From assembly GCA_009779935.1 (NCBI GenBank), contig WRAX01000005.1, positions 24,248 through 88,247 of the forward strand: a DNA stretch of 64,000 bases, read 5' to 3'. Of this stretch, positions 20,283-28,717 are shown one piece after another (positions within the stretch are counted from its first letter, which is position 1; each line of letters begins with the position of its first letter). The DNA is from Defluviitaleaceae bacterium (GTDB taxonomy: Bacteria; Bacillota; Clostridia; Lachnospirales; WRAX01). The notes beneath the pieces were generated by a model. The model did not search any database and had not been told where the DNA came from. It was given only the letters and a program-made list of their open reading frames with translations. The position numbers were made by a program, and so were the translations under genes.

Positions 20283-21077
20283 ATGTATAAGAAAATTGGA
20301 ATGGTTGCATTGCTGGCACTTGTTATGGTTATGGGCGGCATTATATCCCCACAGATAACTTCTGCCGACACCACACGGCCTTTGGCAGCATCGCTAAATT
20401 TAAGCCAACATAATGTTTCGTTGGATGGATATGTGACTACTATGCTGGTAGAGGAAGCCGGGCTTTCCATAGGCTTGTGGGTGGAATATTTACCAGCTAC
20501 ACAATTTGGCAGCGACTTCTCAATAAGACCCCAAGAAGCAATTCCAAAGCTTTTTGTGCATGAAGTCCGAAACGCCGAAAATGGCGGGCTTTACATAAAT
20601 ATTGCCTGGGTTTCTCTGGATAAGGCTATGGAGGTGCTTGGTGTTAACCTATTAATGGATATTGGCAGACGAAATATTGAGGCATTTGAAATACTCGATT
20701 CCATGAGCCTTATGCGTGCCGGAGGGAATGTAAATGTATCTATAAATTTCATTTCCCCTTTGGCCTATTCGGTCTCTGTCACAAATAGAGGATTTGTGCC
20801 CGGGATAACAACAATAACCACAAGCGGCAGGCGCTTAAACGGCTCTAATTACATAGAATTACATGGGACAGGGCCACTACTTCCCGGTATGACGGAAGCA
20901 TCTGCCGGGTGGACCGGTTCTGGCAATGGTGACATTGTTAATTTTTTAACCACCAGCATTAACACCACATTTATTCACCCTAGTGGCGTAAAGGGTTTTG
21001 GGGTAGGGGGCGGTGTTGTGCCCAATCCGTTTTCTGTGGGCATTCCCCACTTTTATGGCGGATATGACACCAATTAG
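20283..21077 (+). CDS. secreted hypothetical protein (paralogue A)
   Basis: Signal peptide MYKKIGMVALLALVMVMGGIISPQITSA; weak C-terminal similarity (SAGWTGSGNG) to the 22669 ORF. Confidence 0.65.
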   Translation: MYKKIGMVALLALVMVMGGIISPQITSADTTRPLAASLNLSQHNVSLDGYVTTMLVEEAGLSIGLWVEYLPATQFGSDFSIRPQEAIPKLFVHEVRNAENGGLYINIAWVSLDKAMEVLGVNLLMDIGRRNIEAFEILDSMSLMRAGGNVNVSINFISPLAYSVSVTNRGFVPGITTITTSGRRLNGSNYIELHGTGPLLPGMTEASAGWTGSGNGDIVNFLTTSINTTFIHPSGVKGFGVGGGVVPNPFSVGIPHFYGGYDTN

Positions 21078-21102
21078 CTATCTTAAAATTTTACATAGCA
21101 AA

Positions 21103-21158
21103 GCTGCGCCGTATAAGCGCAGTTTTTATTTGACTTGCAACTGTTTGGCTGGTATAAT
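21103..21158 (+). promoter_or_regulatory. terminator-promoter cassette, copy A (terminates 20283 gene, drives lysC)
   Basis: Hairpin CTGCGC..GCGCAG + T-run, then TTGACT 21130-21135, 17 nt, TGGTATAAT (TATAAT 21153-21158); near-identical to 25955-26010. Confidence 0.6.
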
Positions 21159-21191
21159 TTGTAATGACCAATAACGAACGGGGGCTGGAAA

Positions 21192-22412
21192 TTGCTTATT
21201 GTACAAAAATACGGCGGCAGCTCCGTAGCTACTTTGGAGTTGATGGAGGCCATAGCAAACCGAATAACAAAAACCAAGGAAACAGGGGCAAAGCTGGTTG
21301 TGGTTTTGTCCGCACAGGGCGATACCACAAATAAGCTTATGGGGCTGGCAAACAGTGCAAACCCCACAGGCAGCAAAAGGGAGCGGGACATGCTTTTGTC
21401 CATAGGGGAGCAGCAGTCCATTGCGCTTATGGCACTTATTTTGCAACGGATGGGGCATGGGGCAAAGTCCCTAACAGGCAGGCAGGCAGGGATTTTTACC
21501 ACCAGCCGCCATGGGGATGCCCGTATAAAACAAATTAAAACCGAGCGCATTGCAAAGGAGCTGGACGAGGGCAATATTGTGCTTGTGGCGGGCTTTCAAG
21601 GCGAATCCGAATTTGGGGACATTACCACCCTTGGGCGGGGCGGGTCCGACACAACGGCGGTTGCGCTGGCCGCTGCACTAAATGCTGATAAATGCGAGAT
21701 TTATACCGATGTGGCCGGGGTTTATTCTGCTGACCCACGTATCGTGGCGGATGCTGTCAAGCTACCTGAAATCAGCTACAACGAAATGGTGGAACTGTCC
21801 AGTATGGGAGCTAAGGTGCTTGAAAAACGCTCGGTTGGGCTTGCCAAAAAATATGGCGTGCCATTGTGGGTGCTTTCCAGCCACGGGGATGAGGAAGGCA
21901 CAGTAATTAAGGAGGAATGCAGCGTGGAAGGGATTTTTGTAAGTGGTGTGGTTGCCAATAAAAACATTGCCCGCATCTCAGTATCAGGCATAAAGGACCA
22001 GCCCGGCGTATGGTTTAAGATTTTTAATACCATGAACCAATCAGACATAGCCATTGATTTTGTTTACCAAACCAAACATGCAGGCGGCACCAAGGATATA
22101 AGCTTTATAGTGGACATTAACCGCCTTGATGATGCCAAAAAAGCCATAGAAGCCAATGCCCACAAAATAACCCACGCCGCCATAACCCATGATACGGATA
22201 TGGCGAAGGTTTCCGCCGTATCCACGGGCATGGCAACCAACCCCGGCGTGCCAAGCCTTATGTTTGAAGCCCTTTTTGATGCTGGCATTAACATTGATAG
22301 TGTGTCCACTTCCGAAATACGTGTTAGTGTACTTATAAACAAAGAACATGCTGACCGTGCCGCACAAGTTATCCACAAAAAATTTCAGGATGAGAAGTAT
22401 ATTAGGGGTTAG
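21192..22412 (+). CDS. lysC: aspartate kinase
   Basis: 406 aa; LIVQKYGGSSV N-terminus, TLGRGGSDTTA motif, two C-terminal ACT-like regions; TTG start. Confidence 0.9.
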   Translation: MLIVQKYGGSSVATLELMEAIANRITKTKETGAKLVVVLSAQGDTTNKLMGLANSANPTGSKRERDMLLSIGEQQSIALMALILQRMGHGAKSLTGRQAGIFTTSRHGDARIKQIKTERIAKELDEGNIVLVAGFQGESEFGDITTLGRGGSDTTAVALAAALNADKCEIYTDVAGVYSADPRIVADAVKLPEISYNEMVELSSMGAKVLEKRSVGLAKKYGVPLWVLSSHGDEEGTVIKEECSVEGIFVSGVVANKNIARISVSGIKDQPGVWFKIFNTMNQSDIAIDFVYQTKHAGGTKDISFIVDINRLDDAKKAIEANAHKITHAAITHDTDMAKVSAVSTGMATNPGVPSLMFEALFDAGINIDSVSTSEIRVSVLINKEHADRAAQVIHKKFQDEKYIRG

Positions 22413-22436
22413 TTAATTAGGAGATGGGATATGCAA

Positions 22437-22467
22437 CTGCGTCCATGTGGCGCAGTTTTTTTGTTTG
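22437..22467 (+). terminator. lysC terminator (copy B of repeated terminator)
   Basis: CTGCGTCCATGTGGCGCAG + T7; same sequence recurs at 25955-25984. Confidence 0.7.
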
Positions 22468-22532
22468 GAATGCAGCATAAAGAATGATATACAAAAAGAA
22501 AATAATAAATTATATTATTTTACAAAAAATCC

Positions 22533-22562
22533 TTGACAGAAGCAGGGGGGGGGTGATATAAT
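22533..22562 (+). promoter_or_regulatory. promoter with G9 tract in the spacer
   Basis: TTGACA 22533-22538, 18-nt spacer containing nine G 22545-22553, TGATATAAT (TATAAT 22557-22562). Confidence 0.6.
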
Positions 22563-22668
22563 ATGTATATCATATATGATTGATAAAGGCATAAGCAGTG
22601 TGTACAACTTCTTTTGTCGCCAAACAAAGCGGCTTTGGCCGCAAGATTACATAAGGAGGAATTTCTAA

Positions 22669-23340
22669 ATGAGGTTTAAAAATAGGATTTTTGCAGGTGT
22701 TTTTGCAGCGGCGATGGCTTTTTCTTCGGTATCTGCATTTGCCGCAGATGCAAATGAACAAATCGGTTTTGAAACTAACTATTCGCTGGTCAACAAGGTT
22801 GCTTCCATTACTGATGCGTGCATTGTTATAGTGAGCAGTCTGAATGGGGCAGAAGTTAATCCATTCATCCACAACCAGATTAAAGTAAGTATACAGACGG
22901 GAGATGCTTCGCATGCAATTGATATAATGGCTCAGCATGGTCTTGCACTTACTGTTAAAACGCCTGTGAATGCACATGGCGTAGATACCAGATTGTTTCC
23001 GGAGGAAATTTTTGACATAACACAATCATCCTTTCATCAATTTAGATATAATAACAATCCTCGATATGGTGCTGATGTATCCGTTATTACTCACGGGAGA
23101 GTGAGGGTTGATGGGAATGGTTTTGTACACGGGATTGGATTCCCATCTGTTAGCTTCAATGCAACCCAAACGTTCGGATTTAGGACAGAATTTTCGAATG
23201 TTTCTGCTGGATGGCAGGGTTCTGGCGGCAGAAGTATAAGCGTGACAGGTAGCTTTAGAACAACGATAGTTGCGTCCTTTGTTATAGGTGCTACTGGAGT
23301 GGAATTTGCACCAAGAAGCTTTAATCACAGGAAATTTTAG
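22669..23340 (+). CDS. secreted hypothetical protein (paralogue B)
   Basis: Signal peptide MRFKNRIFAGVFAAAMAFSSVSAFA; SAGWQGSGGR motif shared with paralogue A; RBS AAGGAGG. Confidence 0.65.
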   Translation: MRFKNRIFAGVFAAAMAFSSVSAFAADANEQIGFETNYSLVNKVASITDACIVIVSSLNGAEVNPFIHNQIKVSIQTGDASHAIDIMAQHGLALTVKTPVNAHGVDTRLFPEEIFDITQSSFHQFRYNNNPRYGADVSVITHGRVRVDGNGFVHGIGFPSVSFNATQTFGFRTEFSNVSAGWQGSGGRSISVTGSFRTTIVASFVIGATGVEFAPRSFNHRKF

Positions 23341-23348
23341 TAACACCC

Positions 23349-23388
23349 AAAACATCAACCACGATAATGCGTGGTTGATGTTTTGGAA
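23349..23388 (+). terminator. terminator after 22669 gene
   Basis: 15-bp arms AAAACATCAACCACG/CGTGGTTGATGTTTT. Confidence 0.65.
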
Positions 23389-23506
23389 TTTATGCGGAGG
23401 TGACTAACTATCAAAAGTCAAGCCTTTTTTCAAAAATATTTTAAGTCAAAAAAGAGCATAGCAAACAAGCCTCCCAAGGAAGCCGGTTTTTAAGTCGGAC
23501 TAAATG

Positions 23507-24673
23507 CTATCTAAGAGCTTCGGGGTCAAACATAATACCTTTAGTTTCTAACGCATAAATCAACCGCACTAACTTCTTGGCGACATGACTTGTGGCAACA
23601 TCATAAGGCTTACCCTCAGCCATCTTTTTTCTAAAGTAAACGGCGAAGGTTTCGTTATGTAAACGAATGGCACGAGCGCAGTTCATCAGCGCATTGCGTA
23701 GATGAGAAGAGCCGCGCTTAACCATGCGTCCTTTATATTCGGTAGTGCCTGATTGAAAATGCCCCGGTTCAAGGCCTGCAAATGAAAGCATTTTGTTTGG
23801 GCTATCGAAACGACTAAAGTCGCCAAACTCCGAAACAATGATGGCAGCAGAAACAGCCCCTATGCCTTTGATGGACAAAGTGGGCGGATTTAGCTCTGTG
23901 ATTATTTCGGTGATACGGATTTCAAGCTCTTCGATTTTTGCATCGATTTGACTATGTAAATTAAGCAGAGTTTCAAGTTCGATGCGATGACACTCGCTAA
24001 AAACTCCGACAGTATCTTTAGCCAGAGATTTTAACCTAATAAACTTGTCCATAGAAAAATGGCCTCGTGATTTACGGCGAAGAATGTCATATGAACGGGA
24101 GTTCATGTTAGCGATGGCATCAGGTGACGGATAGTTAGCAAGAATATACAATGCCGTCACTGAAAACTTGTTGTTAAAAAGTGACTTAAACTCAGGAAAG
24201 ATGCAGTCAAGAACATTCGTCAACTGAATCAAATAACGGCTTCTGCCCTTAACCAAGCTGCTTCTAAGTCGTGTTAGCTGCTTTAAGGCAAATCTGGGAT
24301 AGAACGCAGTGGGATGTTGTCGATATTCTTTTGAAGCGACATAATCAGCAATAGCTCTTGCGTCCAACTTGTCCGTTTTGGTTTTACGCAAAGTATTGCT
24401 TCTGATGTGCTTGCTGATGAGAAGCGGATTGATTTCCATAAAATCAAAACCAATTTTCTCAAGAAACAACTTCAAGTTAATGCCATAGTTACCCGTTGCT
24501 TCAAGCCCGATACGAATGTTGCCAGTCCCGTATTTCTCTAATTCAGCTTGAAGCAACCCAAACCCTTGGGCGGTGTTGGCAAACGAGAAACCAGCGTTAA
24601 TCACATCACCAAAGTTGGTTTGAATAAAACAGTCATGTTTGTACTTTGAAACGTCAATACCGGCATAATACAT
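23507..24673 (-). CDS. IS110-family transposase/recombinase
   Basis: N-terminal YAGIDVSKYKHD (DEDD domain) and C-terminal LSIKGIGAVSAAIIVSEFGDFSRF...FAGLEPGHFQSG (Transposase_20-like); ATG at 24673. Confidence 0.9.
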   Translation of the reverse strand: MYYAGIDVSKYKHDCFIQTNFGDVINAGFSFANTAQGFGLLQAELEKYGTGNIRIGLEATGNYGINLKLFLEKIGFDFMEINPLLISKHIRSNTLRKTKTDKLDARAIADYVASKEYRQHPTAFYPRFALKQLTRLRSSLVKGRSRYLIQLTNVLDCIFPEFKSLFNNKFSVTALYILANYPSPDAIANMNSRSYDILRRKSRGHFSMDKFIRLKSLAKDTVGVFSECHRIELETLLNLHSQIDAKIEELEIRITEIITELNPPTLSIKGIGAVSAAIIVSEFGDFSRFDSPNKMLSFAGLEPGHFQSGTTEYKGRMVKRGSSHLRNALMNCARAIRLHNETFAVYFRKKMAEGKPYDVATSHVAKKLVRLIYALETKGIMFDPEALR

Positions 24674-24703
24674 CGGCATACCTCCAAATAATTTATTTGG
24701 CAC

Positions 24704-24890
24704 TTAATCGGTCTGCCGCAGGTCATCTGCCAATGTATTCACGTAAATAAAGCGTCTTTGTGCCATAAAATATGCAACATCGCGCTAACTAACTTATCAA
24801 CAATTAAGACAGAGCCTACGGTTTGAGTCACCTCCAAACAGTCAAGCTGTAGAACAATTGGACAAATCCGCAGTGCCTTGTCTATTATAA
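24704..24890 (-). ncRNA. candidate IS110 bridge (seek) RNA in the 5' non-coding end
   Basis: About 190-nt non-coding stretch between a TATAAT (minus strand, + coords 24884-24889) and the transposase start; holds 8-10-nt matches to the opposite IS end. Confidence 0.35.
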
Positions 24891-25156
24891 CAAGCAGGTA
24901 GCTACTCCTGCTCGGTATAACCGAAAAATATTATGAAAGGGGAAATATAATGGAGCTATCCCTGGAAAAGGAATAACTCCATTATACGTGATTCGATATC
25001 ATACATATAGAATTAAATAATTTCACAGGCACGCTTATAATAGTTTGGGAGGCAATTTTTGCCACATTATTACTCCATTGGGGAGTTCATATCGGTGTTA
25101 AAAGTTTTACAAATAAAGTAAAATGGCTATGCACCGCTGGTTTTTTTGCACTTTAC

Positions 25157-25348
25157 TTGGCTATTAGATTTTTTATTTTGTCAACAACTTTTCATTGGCG
25201 GAATAGTTTTTGGATATTGTTATTAGAAGCTATATTTAGTGTTTTGCGCGCCATGTCCACTCTGGGGCATGTTTTGGCTTTGGTTTTGTTGGTTCATCTC
25301 ATTATAAAAATCATTAAAAAATTGTATGTGAAAATTAAAAGCAAATAA
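25157..25348 (+). CDS. small hydrophobic ORF, possibly a 5'-truncated membrane-protein gene
   Basis: Frame is open back to about 24995 without an ATG; hydrophobic translation; AT-rich. Confidence 0.25.
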   Translation: MAIRFFILSTTFHWRNSFWILLLEAIFSVLRAMSTLGHVLALVLLVHLIIKIIKKLYVKIKSK

Positions 25349-25392
25349 TATCGGATTATCGTGTTTTCTCAGTTTCATAGTGGGGGCGAATC

Positions 25393-25947
25393 GTGGAAAC
25401 ATCAAATTCAAGAGGGCATTTTAAGAAAATTAGTCAAATGGTTCTATGGAAAAGATATATATTGCTTGCGGCCATATCGCTGGTTATGATAATCACCGCA
25501 GTGCTTATTACGAACCGTCCTTCTGAAATGGGGCGGATTGTATATGCGGCGCATGGATGGCATCAAAGCTACTATCGTGTTGATGGTATAAGGGTTTATG
25601 GCAATTCATTCACCCTGGATTTTTGTTTGGAAAATAACCCCATCCGGTTCAAGGAAGCCAAGGCACTATTAAACCCATTTGTTGGAAATAATGCATTTAG
25701 CATAAGTGCATCAGTTGATATTGGTGGCATGGAAAAAGTTGCAAGCGTTGCATATTATATTGGATGTGACCGCTTGTTTGAAGCGGGCATCCATTTGGTA
25801 GGGTATACTGCACTTTATGATATTGTGCACAGCGTGTTTTTCTTTGAAGGTGAAAGGGCGGTTATTGTTATAGATGAGCGTGGCTTGTTCGGCTATTTCG
25901 GGGAAAGGCATTTGAGTGTTGAAAGTTTATTTACCAACCCAAAATGA
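25393..25947 (+). CDS. membrane-anchored hypothetical protein
   Basis: 184 aa; anchor YILLAAISLVMIITAVLI; no motif recognised. Confidence 0.45.
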   Translation: METSNSRGHFKKISQMVLWKRYILLAAISLVMIITAVLITNRPSEMGRIVYAAHGWHQSYYRVDGIRVYGNSFTLDFCLENNPIRFKEAKALLNPFVGNNAFSISASVDIGGMEKVASVAYYIGCDRLFEAGIHLVGYTALYDIVHSVFFFEGERAVIVIDERGLFGYFGERHLSVESLFTNPK

Positions 25948-25954
25948 TTTAAGG

Positions 25955-26010
25955 CTGCGTCCATGTGGCGCAGTTTTTTGTTTGACTTGCCTGCCGTGGG
26001 CTGGTATAAT
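25955..26010 (+). promoter_or_regulatory. terminator-promoter cassette, copy C (drives glgB)
   Basis: CTGCGTCCATGTGGCGCAG + T6, TTGACT 25982-25987, 17 nt, TGGTATAAT (TATAAT 26005-26010). Confidence 0.6.
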
Positions 26011-26036
26011 TTGTAATAACGGAAAGGGGTGACGGA

Positions 26037-28187
26037 ATGGGCTTTAGGGCAAGTGTAGCAGATATTTCTAAGATTGTTAATATGCGACATAAAAGCCCCC
26101 ATTTGGTGCTGGGGATGCATATTGCGGGCGGCAGGCTTGTGGTGCGTGTATTTGTGGCGGATGCTTGCGGGGTTGCAGTTGTTTGTAATGCCAAAAAAAT
26201 GCGCTGGCAAATGGAAAAAGTGCATGATGACGGCTTTTTTGAACTTAAAATACCCCGCCGCAAAAACCCCTTTGCTTATCAGCTGGAAATGGATTTTGGG
26301 GATGGCAACATATATACAGCCCACGACCCATATAGCTTTGCCCCTGTTTTAACCGACTATGATTTATATTTGTTTGCAAACGGCACCCATTACAATTTAG
26401 CAGATAAGCTGGGCGCAAACCCCGCCATCATAAATGGGGTGGAAGGGGTGCTTTTTGCGGTTTGGGCACCCAATGCAATGGCTTGCTCTGTAATTGGGAA
26501 TTTTAATGGTTATGACGGCAGGCGGCACCCAATGCGGCTGCTGGGGAATTCGGGGGTGTGGGAGCTGTTTATACCCGCCCTTGCCCGCTGCGATACCTAT
26601 AAATTTGAAGTAAAGGTAGCTGATGGAACTTTAATGCAAAAGGCAGACCCCTTTGCAAAATTTGCCCAACCTGCCCCCTCAACAAATTCATTAGTATATG
26701 ACGTGGGCGGATTTGTGTGGAATGACGAGGACTGGCTTGCAGGCCGTTGCAAAGGCGGGGCATTGAATATTTATGAGGTAAATTTGGCAAGCTGGCGTAA
26801 ATCCGAGAACGGTAGCTTTTTAACATATTGCCAGTTAGCCCATCAGCTGGTGGATTATGCAATATACATGGGTTACACCCATTTGGAGCTTATGCCCATT
26901 GCAGAATTTCCCTACGACCCCAGCTGGGGATACCAAGTTACGGGCTATTATGCCGCTACCAGCCGCTTTGGCAACCCGCATGATTTTAAGTATTTTATAA
27001 ACCATTGCCACAAAAACGGCATTGGGGTTATTTTGGACTGGGTGCCTGCCCACTTTCCCAAAGATGCCCATGGGCTGGCCAATTTTGACGGCACATCCCT
27101 TTACGAGCATCCCGATCCAAAGCAGGCAAACCACCCCGATTGGGGCACACTAACCTTTGATTATGGGCGCAAGGAAGTGTCAAATTTCCTGGTTGCTAAT
27201 GCTTTGTTTTGGCTGGAAGAGTATCATATTGATGGTTTGCGGGTGGATGCGGTGGCCAGCATGCTTTATCTCAACTATTCCCGAAAAGATGGGGAGTGGA
27301 CACCGAATATCAACGGCGGACATGAGAATTTGGAGGCGGTTGAGTTTATTAAGCATCTAAATTCCATCATTTCCCAAAAATTTCCTGATGTGATGATGAT
27401 TGCAGAAGAATCCACGTCATATCCCAATGTTACGGGGCCTGCGGAGCAGGGTGGGCTGGGCTTTACCCACAAATGGAATATGGGCTGGATGAATGACTTT
27501 TTGAGCTATATGACCTTAGACCCCATCCATCGCAAATTTCACCATAACCTGCTAACTTTTGCCATGATGTATAACCACAGCGAAAACTTTGTGCTTGTGC
27601 TTTCCCATGACGAGGTGGTGCATGGCAAGCGCAGCCTGCTTAATAAAATGCCGGGGGATTTATGGCAAAAATGCGCCAATTTGCGGCTTGCCCTTGGTTT
27701 TATGTATGGGCATCCCGGTGGCAAGCTGCTGTTTATGGGCGGTGAGTTTGGGCAGTTTATCGAATGGGATGAAAACCGTGAGCTGGACTGGTTTTTGCTG
27801 GATTTTGACCACCACAAACAAATACAAAATTTTGTGCGGGATTTGAACCATTTATATAAAGCCGAGCCTGCCCTATGGGGCAACAATTTCCGGTGGGTTG
27901 ATGCGGATAATGCGGACCACTCTATAACATCCTTCATCCGCCGCCCTGATGATGCCGAAATCGATGATGAGCTAATTATAATCTGCAATTTTACCCCTGT
28001 GCCGCACGAAAACCACCAAATACCTGCTACATGCAGCTATATAGAAGCCCTAAATTCTGACCATCATAAATACGGCGGCAGCGGCGTTATAAACCCAAAA
28101 CCCCTAATGCCAGAAAATGGCACAATAACCCTGCGCCTGCCCCCATTGGGTGTAACCATCCTTCGTAAAATACACGAAAAACCTTGA
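26037..28187 (+). CDS. glgB: 1,4-alpha-glucan branching enzyme
   Basis: 716 aa; GH13 motifs GVILDWVPAHF, GLRVDAVASM, IAEESTS, VLSHDEVVHGK. Confidence 0.95.
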   Translation: MGFRASVADISKIVNMRHKSPHLVLGMHIAGGRLVVRVFVADACGVAVVCNAKKMRWQMEKVHDDGFFELKIPRRKNPFAYQLEMDFGDGNIYTAHDPYSFAPVLTDYDLYLFANGTHYNLADKLGANPAIINGVEGVLFAVWAPNAMACSVIGNFNGYDGRRHPMRLLGNSGVWELFIPALARCDTYKFEVKVADGTLMQKADPFAKFAQPAPSTNSLVYDVGGFVWNDEDWLAGRCKGGALNIYEVNLASWRKSENGSFLTYCQLAHQLVDYAIYMGYTHLELMPIAEFPYDPSWGYQVTGYYAATSRFGNPHDFKYFINHCHKNGIGVILDWVPAHFPKDAHGLANFDGTSLYEHPDPKQANHPDWGTLTFDYGRKEVSNFLVANALFWLEEYHIDGLRVDAVASMLYLNYSRKDGEWTPNINGGHENLEAVEFIKHLNSIISQKFPDVMMIAEESTSYPNVTGPAEQGGLGFTHKWNMGWMNDFLSYMTLDPIHRKFHHNLLTFAMMYNHSENFVLVLSHDEVVHGKRSLLNKMPGDLWQKCANLRLALGFMYGHPGGKLLFMGGEFGQFIEWDENRELDWFLLDFDHHKQIQNFVRDLNHLYKAEPALWGNNFRWVDADNADHSITSFIRRPDDAEIDDELIIICNFTPVPHENHQIPATCSYIEALNSDHHKYGGSGVINPKPLMPENGTITLRLPPLGVTILRKIHEKP

Positions 28188-28212
28188 CAGTTGCTGCACA
28201 AAAAGCTATAAT
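28184..28212 (+). promoter_or_regulatory. mscL promoter inside the glgB 3' end
   Basis: TTGACA 28184-28189, 17 nt, TATAAT 28207-28212. Confidence 0.5.
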
Positions 28213-28240
28213 GATGGCAAATATCGAGGGGGTAGTTGTT

Positions 28241-28639
28241 ATGAAAAAATTTTTGCAGGATTTTAAGGAGTTTGCCTTAAAGGGCAATATGCTTGCCATG
28301 GCGGTGGGCATTTTAATTGGTGCGGCTTTTCAGTCACTTATCACATCCTTAACGGATGATGTAATTTCGCCGCTGCTGGGCATTTTTGTCAATACTAATT
28401 TCGACAATTTGTATATGGAGGTTGCAGGGGCTTATGTGGCATATGGCGCATTTTTAACCTCTGCTATCAACTTTTTCATAATGGCTTTAATTATTTTTAT
28501 GTTTGTACGCTTTGCTAATAAGTTAACAAAGCGCATGAAAAAGGAGAAGGAGCAAGCGCCCGAAGCCACTTGCCCCCACTGCCTAACAACTGTAAACGAG
28601 AAGGCAACCCGTTGCCCTGCTTGCACATCCCGGTTGTGA
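28241..28639 (+). CDS. mscL: large-conductance mechanosensitive channel with C-terminal zinc-ribbon
   Basis: MKKFLQDFKEFALKGNMLAMAVGILIGAAF MscL N-terminus; tail CPHCLTTVNEKATRCPACTS; ATG 28241 after RBS GAGGGGG. Confidence 0.9.
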   Translation: MKKFLQDFKEFALKGNMLAMAVGILIGAAFQSLITSLTDDVISPLLGIFVNTNFDNLYMEVAGAYVAYGAFLTSAINFFIMALIIFMFVRFANKLTKRMKKEKEQAPEATCPHCLTTVNEKATRCPACTSRL

Positions 28640-28646
28640 TTTTTAC

Positions 28647-28717
28647 ATAGCGAACAGACTGCGAAACAGTGAATGCGAGCCACGAAGTCATTCACTGATT
28701 GAGATGCCGTTCGCTAT
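28647..28717. terminator. long imperfect hairpin between convergent mscL and MATE genes
   Basis: Outer arms ATAGCGAAC/GTTCGCTAT, inner arms CAGTGAATG/CATTCACTG. Confidence 0.4.

Larger units (their letters stand above)
23395..24915 (-). mobile_element. IS110-family insertion sequence (boundaries approximate)
   Basis: Single DEDD-type transposase ORF flanked by about 110 and 200 nt non-coding ends; no long terminal inverted repeats, as usual for IS110. Confidence 0.65.

Noticed and set aside
21083-21191. Expected L-box (lysine riboswitch) before lysC, and a T-box before pheS (60382-60440)
   Set aside because: Both leaders are far too short: about 30 nt between the -10 box and the start codon. 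There is no room for these ~180-250-nt elements, and no specifier or T-box sequence was seen.
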